From Candidatus Aminicenantes bacterium RBG_16_66_30 (GTDB lineage: Bacteria; Acidobacteriota; Aminicenantia; Aminicenantales; Saccharicenantaceae), in assembly GCA_001775715.1 (NCBI GenBank), contig MEYC01000077.1:1-41459 (forward strand): a DNA stretch of 41,459 nucleotides, given 5' to 3'. A model generated the notes under the pieces. The model was not told the DNA's origin and made no database searches. It saw only the letters and a program-made list of their open reading frames with translations. Shown in pieces: positions 31,383 through 39,846 of the stretch. Every line of letters begins with the position of its first letter. Positions within the stretch are counted from its first letter, which is position 1. A program made the position numbers and the translations under genes.

Positions 31383-33239
31383 TCAGAAGAGGACGTTCTG
31401 CTCCCCGGCCATCTTGATCCGAAGGCGGATCGTGCGGACGATCTCGGCCCGGCGGGCGTTGAGGGCGGCGGTCTCCGCCGGATCGAGGAAGCGGCCGACG
31501 TATTCGGCGACGGTCCTGTCGTCCCAGCCGAGGAGCTTCTTGTAGAGGAGGCGCGAGACCCGGAGGATGGGGCAGCGGGCCGGGGGACGCTTGTCCGGCG
31601 CGAAGGCCTCGGAGAAGTCGACCCGGTAGATCCGGCCGTCGTCGCCGCTGATCAGGGTGTCCCGCTCGTTGTGGCAGTCGTCGAAGGCGAGGTTCTGGAA
31701 GACCAGGAGGTCGGCCAGGGCCTTTTCGTGCGCGTTGGGATCGATAAGATCGACCTTCTTTTCCTTGCGCTCCGCTTCCGACATGGCGTTGGGGACGAAG
31801 ACCTGGACGGCCCCGGGGGTTCCCTCGACGGTCCGCTCGACGATGGGCGGGACGATGCCGACATCGAGGTACTTGTTGAGGGCGTAGGCGGCGAGCTCGT
31901 ACCGGTAGCTGTCCGCGAGCGGCTCGGGCCGTCGCCGGTCGACATACTTGAAAAGGGCCGTGAGGACGACGCCCTGGGATTCCAGGGTGAGCTTCCAGGC
32001 GTCGGTCCGGCCGCCGGGCCCGGGCCCGCGGCCGGTGATCGAGGCCGTCCGGAGGAAGGTCTCCATCTCCTTGCGGGTCAGCGGTTTGAGGGGAGGCGGC
32101 TTGATGCCGCTGCGGGCGGCCACCTCCTCGGTCTCGCCCCAGAGCCGGAACTCGCCGTTCTCGTAGATCAAGGCCGAGGGGACGCCGCCGTAGCTTCCGG
32201 CGATGCCCGTATCCATGATCCAGACCTTGTCCTGGAAGCGGGCGATGTGCTGCTTCGTGATGACCGGGCTCCGGCCGCCGCCGTAGGCGAAAAAATTGTG
32301 CCCGATGACCATGGCCCGGGCGCCCATGTTTTGCAGGATCCGGTCCACCTCGGCCTGGGCCGCCCGTCCGCTTTCGGCCAGCCCGCGGAACCAGAGCGGG
32401 CCGTCGGGGTTGTAAACGACCTTCGGCTTGAAGGGGCGGGCGGTCCGCTGGGGGTCGCGCATGATCGCTCGGAACTGCTGGAGCTCCGAGCGGACGACAG
32501 TGTTGATCTCCCGGAGCGGCCATTTGGAGAATTCCTCGCTGATGCCCCCGTGGACATAGACGACGCCGTTGATCATAACGACAGTGTTCTTCTTGATGAA
32601 CCAGTCGCCGACGCTGTCGTTGAAGCCCTCGACGTAGGCCCGCCGGGCCTCGGGGTCCTTGCTGGCGATGATCGATCGCCAGAAGTCGGCCACCCCCTGA
32701 TCGGTCTCGACGTCGAGGCCGTCGATCTCGGCGCGCCTACGCTCCTCCGGGGGGAGGGACCGGATGTACCCGGCCTCGCGGGCCCTGCGGAAATCCTCGG
32801 GCAGGAACGACACGAGCTGCTCGACCGTGACGTAGTTCGGGTAGTCCAGGGCGATCCCGGTGACGTTCATCTCTTCGTGGTTGCCGAGGAGCACATGGAC
32901 CATGCCGCCGGCGGCCTCGGCCTCCTTCTCGAGGCGCATGAGCAGATCGATGATCCGGCGGGCGTGGGGGCCCCGGTCCAGGATGTCGCCGAGCTGGACG
33001 AGGTGGGCCTTGCCGCCGATCCAGCGGAGGTCGTTGTCGATGAGGGCGACCTGAGGGTGGGCGAGGATGTAGATGAACTGCTCGAAGTCGCCATGGAGGT
33101 CGGCGACGGCCACGACGCGGTCGATGCCCGTCCAGGCGTAGGGGGTCTCCTCGGCCGGGGAGGAGAGGGCGAGCAGGGCGAGAAAGAGCAGGAGAAGAAG
33201 GAGCGGCGATCGGAGGCGGTCCTTCCTTCGAGCTGACAT
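31383..33239 (-). CDS. Exported fusion protein: PPP-family (Shelph/ApaH-like) metallophosphoesterase plus a C-terminal PI3/PI4-kinase-like domain (paralogue K3)
   Basis: Signal peptide LLLLLLFLALLALSSPAEE. PPP motifs VADLHGD, GDILDRGP, GNHE, VHGG and IGHN. The C-terminal 230 aa are collinear with K1/K2 (METFLRTASI, ALFKY, YELAAYALNKYLDVGIVPPIVER, RVDFSEAF). The catalytic loop is altered (DDCHNERD). Confidence 0.85.
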   Translation of the reverse strand: MSARRKDRLRSPLLLLLLFLALLALSSPAEETPYAWTGIDRVVAVADLHGDFEQFIYILAHPQVALIDNDLRWIGGKAHLVQLGDILDRGPHARRIIDLLMRLEKEAEAAGGMVHVLLGNHEEMNVTGIALDYPNYVTVEQLVSFLPEDFRRAREAGYIRSLPPEERRRAEIDGLDVETDQGVADFWRSIIASKDPEARRAYVEGFNDSVGDWFIKKNTVVMINGVVYVHGGISEEFSKWPLREINTVVRSELQQFRAIMRDPQRTARPFKPKVVYNPDGPLWFRGLAESGRAAQAEVDRILQNMGARAMVIGHNFFAYGGGRSPVITKQHIARFQDKVWIMDTGIAGSYGGVPSALIYENGEFRLWGETEEVAARSGIKPPPLKPLTRKEMETFLRTASITGRGPGPGGRTDAWKLTLESQGVVLTALFKYVDRRRPEPLADSYRYELAAYALNKYLDVGIVPPIVERTVEGTPGAVQVFVPNAMSEAERKEKKVDLIDPNAHEKALADLLVFQNLAFDDCHNERDTLISGDDGRIYRVDFSEAFAPDKRPPARCPILRVSRLLYKKLLGWDDRTVAEYVGRFLDPAETAALNARRAEIVRTIRLRIKMAGEQNVLF

Positions 33240-33247
33240 CTGCCTCT

Positions 33248-33276
33248 TTTATATCGCTTTTCCGGCGGTGAATCAA
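33248..33276 (-). promoter_or_regulatory. Sigma70-type promoter (TTGATT-17-TATAAA) 8 nt upstream of the ATG at 33239, driving the phosphatase/TLC/kinase-like operon
   Basis: On the minus strand, TTGATT lies at 33276-33271 and TATAAA at 33253-33248, followed by agaggcag and the ATG. This gives a leaderless or near-leaderless transcript. Confidence 0.5.
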
Positions 33277-33289
33277 GAGGCCGGCGCGG

Positions 33290-33319
33290 TTGACGGAGGG
33301 CCGGCCGCGCTGATATCCT
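33290..33319 (+). promoter_or_regulatory. Candidate promoter of the NamZ-like gene (TTGACG-18-TATCCT with an upstream TG)
   Basis: TTGACG at 33290-33295 and TGATATCCT at 33311-33319. Followed by a GGAGGAAAGGA Shine-Dalgarno sequence and the ATG at 33359. Confidence 0.3.
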
Positions 33320-33358
33320 GAACGGGCGGGCGGATCCCGGAGGAAAGGACGGTCGACG

Positions 33359-34756
33359 ATGAACGGACGGTCTGGCGGCGGAGAGACGAGGGCGAAGGGC
33401 GAATGGCTGCGGGGGCGGGGAGCGGCGGTTGCCTTGCTGGCCTTGGCGTCGGTCCTGGCTTTGAGCGCGTGCGGGGGCGGGGGCGATCGGCCTTCCGCCA
33501 CGGGGCCGGAGGGGTCCGGTCCGGGCGCGACCGGGGCGGCGCCGGTCTGGGCGGGCGTCGACGTCCTCTTGGCGAAGCGCCTCGACCTCGTCGAGGGAAA
33601 GCGGGTCGGGCTGATCACGAACCAGACGGGCGTCGACGGGTCCCTCCGGACGACGATCGACCGGCTCAAAGCGGAGCCCGCGATCCGGCTCGTCGCGCTC
33701 TACGGCCCTGAACACGGAGTCCGCGGGAACGCCCAGGCCGGCGAGTACGTGCCGTTCTATTTCGACGACAAATTCGGGCTCCCGGTGTTCAGCCTCTACG
33801 GGCAGTCCATGAAGCCCGATCCGGGCATGCTCAAGAACATCGACGCCTACATGCGCGCGTTCGACACGAAGGAGGCGGGCAAGGTCCCCGCGGCGGCCAT
33901 GGTCGAGGGCATCGACGTCCTGATCTTCGACATCCAGGACGTCGGGACGCGCGTCTACACCTACGTCTCGACCATGGCCTACGCGATGCAGGCCGCGGCC
34001 GAGGCGGGCATCGATTTCGTCGTCCTCGACCGGCCGAACCCCGTCAACGGCGTCGGCATGGAGGGGCCTATCCTCGAATACCCTCAATACAGCTCGTTCG
34101 TGGGGCTTTTCCCCATCCCCGAGCGGCACGGCATGACGGCCGGCGAGCTGGCCCGGCTGTTCAACGACAAGTTCCTGGCCCGCAAGGCCCGGCTGACGGT
34201 CGTGCCCATGGAGGGTTGGAAGCGGGAGATGTGGTTCGACGAGACCCGCCTGCCCTGGGTCATCCCGTCGCCCAACATGCCGACCCTCGACACGGCCACG
34301 GTCTACCCCGGGCTCGTGGCCATCGAGGGGACGAACCTCAGCGAGGGCCGGGGGACGACGCGGCCGTTCGAGCTCTTCGGGGCGCCCTGGATCGACGCCT
34401 ACGGCTTGGCCGCGAAGCTCAACGCCCTGGGCCTGCCCGGGGTGCGGTTCCGGGAGGCCTGGTTCACGCCCTACTTCTCGAAGTTCGCCGGGGAGCGCTG
34501 CGGCGGCTGCCAGGTCCACGTGACGGACCGGGCCGCGTTCCGGCCGTTCGCGACGATGCTCCACATCGTCAAGACTGTCCGGGACGCCTATCCGGCCGAG
34601 TTCGCGTTCCACCCGGACTACTTCGACAAGGTCATGGGCACGGCCTCGGTGCGGGCGGCCCTCGAGGCCGGTTCCGACGTCGCGGCCATCCTCGAGACGT
34701 TCGAGCCCGGCCTCCGGGCCTTCGCCGCCCTCCGCCAACCCTATCTGCTTTATTAG
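33359..34756 (+). CDS. DUF1343-family lipoprotein (exo-beta-N-acetylmuramidase NamZ-like)
   Basis: Lipobox LALSAC. GKRVGLITNQTGVD, LYGPEHG, LIFDIQDVGTRVYTY and VVLDRPNP are the conserved DUF1343/NamZ blocks, recalled from memory; no search was run. Confidence 0.8.
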   Translation: MNGRSGGGETRAKGEWLRGRGAAVALLALASVLALSACGGGGDRPSATGPEGSGPGATGAAPVWAGVDVLLAKRLDLVEGKRVGLITNQTGVDGSLRTTIDRLKAEPAIRLVALYGPEHGVRGNAQAGEYVPFYFDDKFGLPVFSLYGQSMKPDPGMLKNIDAYMRAFDTKEAGKVPAAAMVEGIDVLIFDIQDVGTRVYTYVSTMAYAMQAAAEAGIDFVVLDRPNPVNGVGMEGPILEYPQYSSFVGLFPIPERHGMTAGELARLFNDKFLARKARLTVVPMEGWKREMWFDETRLPWVIPSPNMPTLDTATVYPGLVAIEGTNLSEGRGTTRPFELFGAPWIDAYGLAAKLNALGLPGVRFREAWFTPYFSKFAGERCGGCQVHVTDRAAFRPFATMLHIVKTVRDAYPAEFAFHPDYFDKVMGTASVRAALEAGSDVAAILETFEPGLRAFAALRQPYLLY

Positions 34757-34760
34757 GAAT

Positions 34761-34815
34761 AAGGGGTCAAATCTCGAATCACGCAATTATTGCGTGATTC
34801 AAGATTTGACCCCTT
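34761..34815. repeat. Palindromic repeat element, copy 2: the same 27-nt arms with only a 1-nt centre. Likely the terminator of the NamZ-like gene.
   Basis: AAGGGGTCAAATCTCGAATCACGCAAT, then T, then ATTGCGTGATTCAAGATTTGACCCCTT. The arms match at 26 of 27 positions and are followed by CTTTTT. It begins 5 nt after the TAG stop. Confidence 0.8.
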
Positions 34816-34878
34816 CTTTTTGATAAAATAGGGGTCTTCCCCTTTCGGGGGCGACCGACCGATAAGGAGAGAGGCCCG

Positions 34879-36450
34879 ATGGCGACGAAAACACCCCCGT
34901 TAGCCCTGACCAACCCCCTGTCCCTCATCCTCGACAAGCCGGCCGCCGAATTCACCCGGACTGATATCCTCAAGGCCATCGAGACCAAGGGCATCGAGCG
35001 GATCACCTTCCACTACACGGCCATCGACGGCAAGCTCAAGGAGCTCACCGTCCCCGCCGCCGACCGCTATCACCTCGAGGCCGTCCTCGCCGAGGGCGAG
35101 CGGGTCGACGGGTCGTCACTCTTCAAGGGCATGGTCGATATGGCCCTCTCGGACCTCTATGTCGTGCCCCTCTACCGGACGGCCTTCTTCAACCCCTTCG
35201 ACCCGGGCAGCCTCGACTTCGTCTGCCGCTATCTGACGCGCGACGCCGCCCCCGCGCCATTTACGCCCGACTCCATTCTGGCCCGGGCCGCGGCCATCTT
35301 CCGCAAGTCGACCGGCCTCGAGCTCAACGCCCTCGGCGAGCTCGAGTTCTTCCTCCTGACGGCGCCTGCCGACCGGACCTTCCCGGTCGAGCCCCACCGG
35401 GGCTACCACGGCTCGGCGCCGTTCACGAAGAGCGGCCCGATCCTGCACGAGATGGTCCGCAACATCGCCCGGGTGACCGGGGCGGTCAAGTACGCCCACA
35501 GCGAGAACGGCTTCATCGACGCCATCCGCAGCAACGTCCCCGAGATCGCCGGCCGCCTGGCCGAACAGGCCGAGATCGAGTACCTACCCCGGCCCATCGA
35601 GGAGATGGCCGACGCCCTCGTCCTCGGCCGCTGGATCATCCGCAACACCGCCTACGCCCACGGCGCCATCGCCACGTTCACGCCCAAGCTCGAGGAGGGC
35701 GTCGCCGGCAACGGCCTGCACTTCCACCTCGAGCTCGCCAAGCACGGCCGAAGCATCATGCGCGGCGAGGACGGCAAGCTCTCGGTCGAGGCCCGCAAGC
35801 TCATCGGCGGCCTCTGCGAGTACGCCGATTCCCTGACCGCCTTCGGCAATACCGTCTCCTCGGCCTACCTCCGTCTCGTCCCCAACCAGGAAGCGCCGAC
35901 GCGGATCTGCTGGAGCGACCTCAACCGGAGCGCTCTCATCCGCGTCCCCCTCGGCTGGACGGGCGTCGCCGGCCTGGCCCGCAAGGTCAATCCCGCCGAG
36001 ACCTCCGATTATGTCGACGAGCGCGGCGGCCGGCAGACCGTCGAGATCCGCAGTCCCGACGGCAGCGCCAACATCCACCTGACCCTGGCCGGGATCGCCA
36101 TGGCCGCCAACTGGGCCTTCCGCGGCGACCTGACCCTGTTCAAGGAATACGGTCCTCTCGAGCTCGCCGACAATCTCTACGTCAAGGGCAACATCTTCTC
36201 CGACAAGGAGCTCCTCAAGCGCCTGCCGGTCCTGCCGACGAGCTGCGTCGAATCGAGCCGGGTCCTCCTCAACAAGCGGGCCCATTACGAGCGCGACGGC
36301 GTCTTCCCGCCGGCCGTCATCGACTACGTCGCCGGGATGCTCCAGGCCGAGAACGACGAGTTCATGAACAAGAAGCTCTCGGACCTGCCCGCCCATGACC
36401 GGCTCCACGAGATCCGCAAGATCATGCACAAGGACCTGCATAAGCATTGA
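34879..36450 (+). CDS. Glutamine-synthetase-family ligase (GS-like, 523 aa)
   Basis: GS catalytic blocks are present: LGELEFFLL, KYAHSENG, AGNGLHFHLEL, SSAYLRLVPNQEAP and VEIRSPD. AAGGAGAGAGG Shine-Dalgarno sequence. Confidence 0.85.
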   Translation: MATKTPPLALTNPLSLILDKPAAEFTRTDILKAIETKGIERITFHYTAIDGKLKELTVPAADRYHLEAVLAEGERVDGSSLFKGMVDMALSDLYVVPLYRTAFFNPFDPGSLDFVCRYLTRDAAPAPFTPDSILARAAAIFRKSTGLELNALGELEFFLLTAPADRTFPVEPHRGYHGSAPFTKSGPILHEMVRNIARVTGAVKYAHSENGFIDAIRSNVPEIAGRLAEQAEIEYLPRPIEEMADALVLGRWIIRNTAYAHGAIATFTPKLEEGVAGNGLHFHLELAKHGRSIMRGEDGKLSVEARKLIGGLCEYADSLTAFGNTVSSAYLRLVPNQEAPTRICWSDLNRSALIRVPLGWTGVAGLARKVNPAETSDYVDERGGRQTVEIRSPDGSANIHLTLAGIAMAANWAFRGDLTLFKEYGPLELADNLYVKGNIFSDKELLKRLPVLPTSCVESSRVLLNKRAHYERDGVFPPAVIDYVAGMLQAENDEFMNKKLSDLPAHDRLHEIRKIMHKDLHKH

Positions 36451-36461
36451 GCGGGGATGCC

Positions 36462-37505
36462 ATGACCTCCCGGGAGCGCTGGCGGGCCCTCTTCGCCGGC
36501 CAGAAGCCCGACCGCGTGCCGACCGATTACTGGGCGACGCCCGAGTTCGACCGCAAGATCATGGGCCGCCTCGGCTGCCGGACCCGGCGCCAGATGCTCG
36601 ACGGACTCGGCGTCGACTACGAGGTCCGGCTCGCGCCCGAATACGTCGGGCCGCGCCTGCCGCGCATGCAGGACGAGTTCGGCCGCCGCTTCCGGAGCAT
36701 CGACTACGGGACGGGGAAGTACCGCGAGTGCGTCCACTTCCCCCTGGCCGGCTTCAAGAGCGTCGCCGAGATCGAGAGGAACTACACCTGGCCCACCGCC
36801 GACTGGTGGGATTTTCGCGTCATCCCCGGCCAGGTCCGGCGCGCGGCCGGCCACCCCATCCGCGGCGGCGGCTCCGAGCCCTTCCTCATCTACAAGGAGC
36901 TCCGCGGCATGGAGCAGGCCTTCGTCGACCTCGTCGAGAACCCCGAGATCGTCCACTACGGCCTGGGCAAGCTCTTCGGCCTGGCCTATGAAACGGCCGT
37001 CCGGATCTACGAGGCCGTCCCCGGCCGCGTCGACATCTCCTACATCGCTGAGGACATGGGCGGGCAGGCGGACCTGATGATCTCGGTCCGCCACATCCGC
37101 GAATACCTGCTCCCCGGGATGAAACGGATGATCGACCTCGCCCACCAGGCCGGCGCCTACGCCTTCCACCACAACGACGGCAGCTGCTGGCGCATCATCC
37201 CCGACATGATCGGGCTCGGCATCGATCTCCTCAATCCCCTCCAGTGGCGCTGCCCGGGCATGGAGCGGCAGCGCCTCAAGGCGGAGTTCGGCCCTCACGT
37301 CGTCCTCCACGGCGGCATGGATAATCAGTACACCCTGCCCTTCGGGACGGTCGATGAGGTCCGGCGCGAAGTCGAGGACAACCTGAGGATCCTGGGGGAG
37401 GGCGGGGGCTACATCCTGGCGCCCTGCCACAACATCCAGGCCCTGACGCCGGTCGAAAACGTGCTCGCCATGTACGAGACCGCGAGGGAGTTGGGCCGGC
37501 TCTAA
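36462..37505 (+). CDS. Uroporphyrinogen-decarboxylase (URO-D) family protein (MtaA/CmuA-like methyltransferase or decarboxylase)
   Basis: Overall URO-D-family layout: RVPTDYW, IAEDMGGQ, LLP..KR.IDL.H..G....HH.DG and ILAPCHNIQ..TP.ENV.AM. ATG at 36462 (MTSRERW), 11 nt after the GS-like stop. Confidence 0.75.
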   Translation: MTSRERWRALFAGQKPDRVPTDYWATPEFDRKIMGRLGCRTRRQMLDGLGVDYEVRLAPEYVGPRLPRMQDEFGRRFRSIDYGTGKYRECVHFPLAGFKSVAEIERNYTWPTADWWDFRVIPGQVRRAAGHPIRGGGSEPFLIYKELRGMEQAFVDLVENPEIVHYGLGKLFGLAYETAVRIYEAVPGRVDISYIAEDMGGQADLMISVRHIREYLLPGMKRMIDLAHQAGAYAFHHNDGSCWRIIPDMIGLGIDLLNPLQWRCPGMERQRLKAEFGPHVVLHGGMDNQYTLPFGTVDEVRREVEDNLRILGEGGGYILAPCHNIQALTPVENVLAMYETARELGRL

Positions 37506-39031
37506 GCGGGAAGTCCCAACCGGCGGGCCTCGAACTCGGGCGTCAGCCGCTTCCAGAGCGAGTTGAAGCGGCCCTGGAGGTCCGCGTAAAGGGGGGCGTT
37601 CTTAGGATCGGGCTCGGCGGCCAGCCGGCCCTTGGCCACCCAGCTCGCGGCGATGTCGGCGATGGCCACCTTCTCGCCCGCGGCCAGACGCCAGTTCCAG
37701 ACGGACTGGAGGGCCGCCCCGTAGGCCGCGGCCTCGGCCTCTTTCAAGGTCACGACTGGCGTACCGAAGACGTCGGCGACGATCTGGAGCCAGAGCCGGC
37801 TCTTCGCCCCGCCTCCCGTCGCCCGGATCTCCGACGGCTTCAAGCCAAGGTCCCTCATGCGGGCGAATCCGTAGCCCAGGTTGAGGACCGTGCCCTCCAT
37901 GACCGCCCGGACGATGTGCGCGGCGCCGAACGTTTTCCGGTCGAGGCCGAAGAAGACCGCGCTAGCGGAAGGGAGGACGGGCACCCGCTCGCCATCGACG
38001 AACGGCAAGAAGATGAGGCCGTCCGCGCCCGCCCCGGCCCGCCTTGCCAGCCTTTCGAGCTTAGCGTTGTCGAGCCCGAAGAGCGACTTGACGATCTCGG
38101 TCGCATTGGTCACGTTCATCGTGCAGAGGAGCGGCAGCCAGCCGCCCGTGCTGTCGCAGAAGGCGGCGATCTCGCCCTCGGGGTCGACGAAAGGCCGGGA
38201 GAAATGCGAATAGACCGTCCCCGACGTCCCGAGGCTGAGCGTGCATACGCCGGGCGTGACGTTGCCGCTGCCGATCGCCCCCATCATGTTGTCGCCGCCG
38301 CCGCTCGCGACGAGGACCCGGACGAGGCCGAAACGCGCGGCCCAGCTTCTCTTGGCCTCGCCCACGGGCTCGCGGGGATGGCTGAGCGGCGGGAGCCTCG
38401 CCGAGAGGCCGTCATCGACGGCCCGGACGGCCGCCTCGTCCCAGCGGAAACCGCGGATGTCCATGAGCCCCGTCCCCGAGGCGTCGCCGTACTCCATGTG
38501 GGCCCGGCCCGTCAGGTGGAAGTTCAGGTAGTTGTGGGGCAGGAGGACGGTCGCGAGCTTCTCGAAGCGGCGCGGCTCGTTCCTCTTGAGCCAGAGGATC
38601 TTCGAGGCCGTGAACCCGACGGCCAGGGCGATGCCCAGCCGCTCGATGAACGCTTTCTTCCCGCCGAGCGCGGCGACGATCTCTTCGGTCTCGCGAACGG
38701 TTGTCGTGTCGTTCCAGAGCTTGGCCGGGCGGATAGGCCGCCCCTTCGCGTCGAGAGGGACGAAGCCGTGCTGCTGGCCGGAGACGCCGAGCGCCACGAC
38801 CTTTCCGGGATCGATCCGGGCTTCCTTGAGCGCCGCGGCTAAGGCCGCGTCCATAGCATGGACCCAAGTCGCCGGGTCCTGTTCGCTCGCGCCCGGCGGC
38901 AGTCCTTCGATCATGGCGTGGGGGGCCCGGCCCCTCCCGACGACGCGGCCGCCGTCGCATTCAACGACGAGAGCCTTGGTCCCCTGGGTCCCGGAATCGA
39001 TGCCGATAGCGTACCGGAGGTTCTTCTTCAT
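37502..39031 (-). CDS. xylB: FGGY-family carbohydrate kinase, xylulokinase-like
   Basis: Starts MKKNLRYAIGIDSGTQGTKALVV (ATG at 39031). GVSGQQHG, KLWND, GGGDNMMGAIG, LGTSGTV, FLPF..GER.P and TGGGAKS..W.QI.ADV are FGGY/XylB blocks. The 143 aa upstream in the track ORF are Arg/Pro/Gly junk. Confidence 0.85.
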   Translation of the reverse strand: MKKNLRYAIGIDSGTQGTKALVVECDGGRVVGRGRAPHAMIEGLPPGASEQDPATWVHAMDAALAAALKEARIDPGKVVALGVSGQQHGFVPLDAKGRPIRPAKLWNDTTTVRETEEIVAALGGKKAFIERLGIALAVGFTASKILWLKRNEPRRFEKLATVLLPHNYLNFHLTGRAHMEYGDASGTGLMDIRGFRWDEAAVRAVDDGLSARLPPLSHPREPVGEAKRSWAARFGLVRVLVASGGGDNMMGAIGSGNVTPGVCTLSLGTSGTVYSHFSRPFVDPEGEIAAFCDSTGGWLPLLCTMNVTNATEIVKSLFGLDNAKLERLARRAGAGADGLIFLPFVDGERVPVLPSASAVFFGLDRKTFGAAHIVRAVMEGTVLNLGYGFARMRDLGLKPSEIRATGGGAKSRLWLQIVADVFGTPVVTLKEAEAAAYGAALQSVWNWRLAAGEKVAIADIAASWVAKGRLAAEPDPKNAPLYADLQGRFNSLWKRLTPEFEARRLGLPA

Positions 39032-39846
39032 GATCTCCCCAGCTCGCGGAAGTAGGCCAGGTGATCGACCGGCTCCCGGACGGCGGCCCGGCCGTAGATC
39101 TCGAGCCAGCCGTCCGGCCCGCGGCGGGCGTCGCGGCGGGCGGCCACGGTGTTCTCCAGGATTGTGGCCTGCGACGCGAACGCGGCCAGGGCCTTGCGAA
39201 CGGCCTGTTCGTCCCGGTCGCCGGCCAGGATGCCCAGGTCCGCGCCGAGGCCGCCGCCGGCCTTGGGAGCGAGATCGCCCCATACTGAATAGACGAGCAT
39301 CGAGAGGACGGGCGACGGCGTCCCGAGGTCGGCCAGGATGGGGTCTCCCGCCTGCGGCGCGACGTACATGCCCAGATAATGGACGGCGGTATGGTCCCAG
39401 TTCTCGTAATGCGGGCTGGTGAAGACGACCCGGCCCGCCCGCCGGGCGCGGAGGACGCAAAGGAGCTCGTCGACGACGCCCTTCCGGCCATCCGCCATGA
39501 TCCTGTCGACGTGGCCCATGAGGGAGAGGTCGGGCCGGCCGAAGAAGTGGACGTCCTCCGGCGGGACTCCGAGCAGGCCATAGGCCGCCACGGCCTCGCG
39601 GCGCCTCCGGGTGACGATCGTCCGCTTCTCTTCGGCCGTCGAATAGCCCGCGTCGCCTTTGCAGAAGACGAAGACGAGCGGACGGCCGCCGGCCTTTTTC
39701 ACGGCCCGAAGGAGATAGCCGGCGCCGAGCGCGGCGTCGTCATCGTGAGGGGAAAGGAAAGCTACGGACTCGCCCTTTTTCCAGCCGGGGAAGAGAAGGC
39801 CGATGTCGCCGCCGCGCGCCCCGGTCCCGAAGTCGACGAATTCCAT
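39028..39846 (-). CDS. PIG-L/LmbE-family N-acetylglucosaminyl deacetylase
   Basis: AFLSPHDDDAALGAG (the PHxDD zinc motif), plus downstream HxxH-type residues (DHTAVH). The stop overlaps the xylB start as ATGA. Confidence 0.8.
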   Translation of the reverse strand: MEFVDFGTGARGGDIGLLFPGWKKGESVAFLSPHDDDAALGAGYLLRAVKKAGGRPLVFVFCKGDAGYSTAEEKRTIVTRRRREAVAAYGLLGVPPEDVHFFGRPDLSLMGHVDRIMADGRKGVVDELLCVLRARRAGRVVFTSPHYENWDHTAVHYLGMYVAPQAGDPILADLGTPSPVLSMLVYSVWGDLAPKAGGGLGADLGILAGDRDEQAVRKALAAFASQATILENTVAARRDARRGPDGWLEIYGRAAVREPVDHLAYFRELGRS

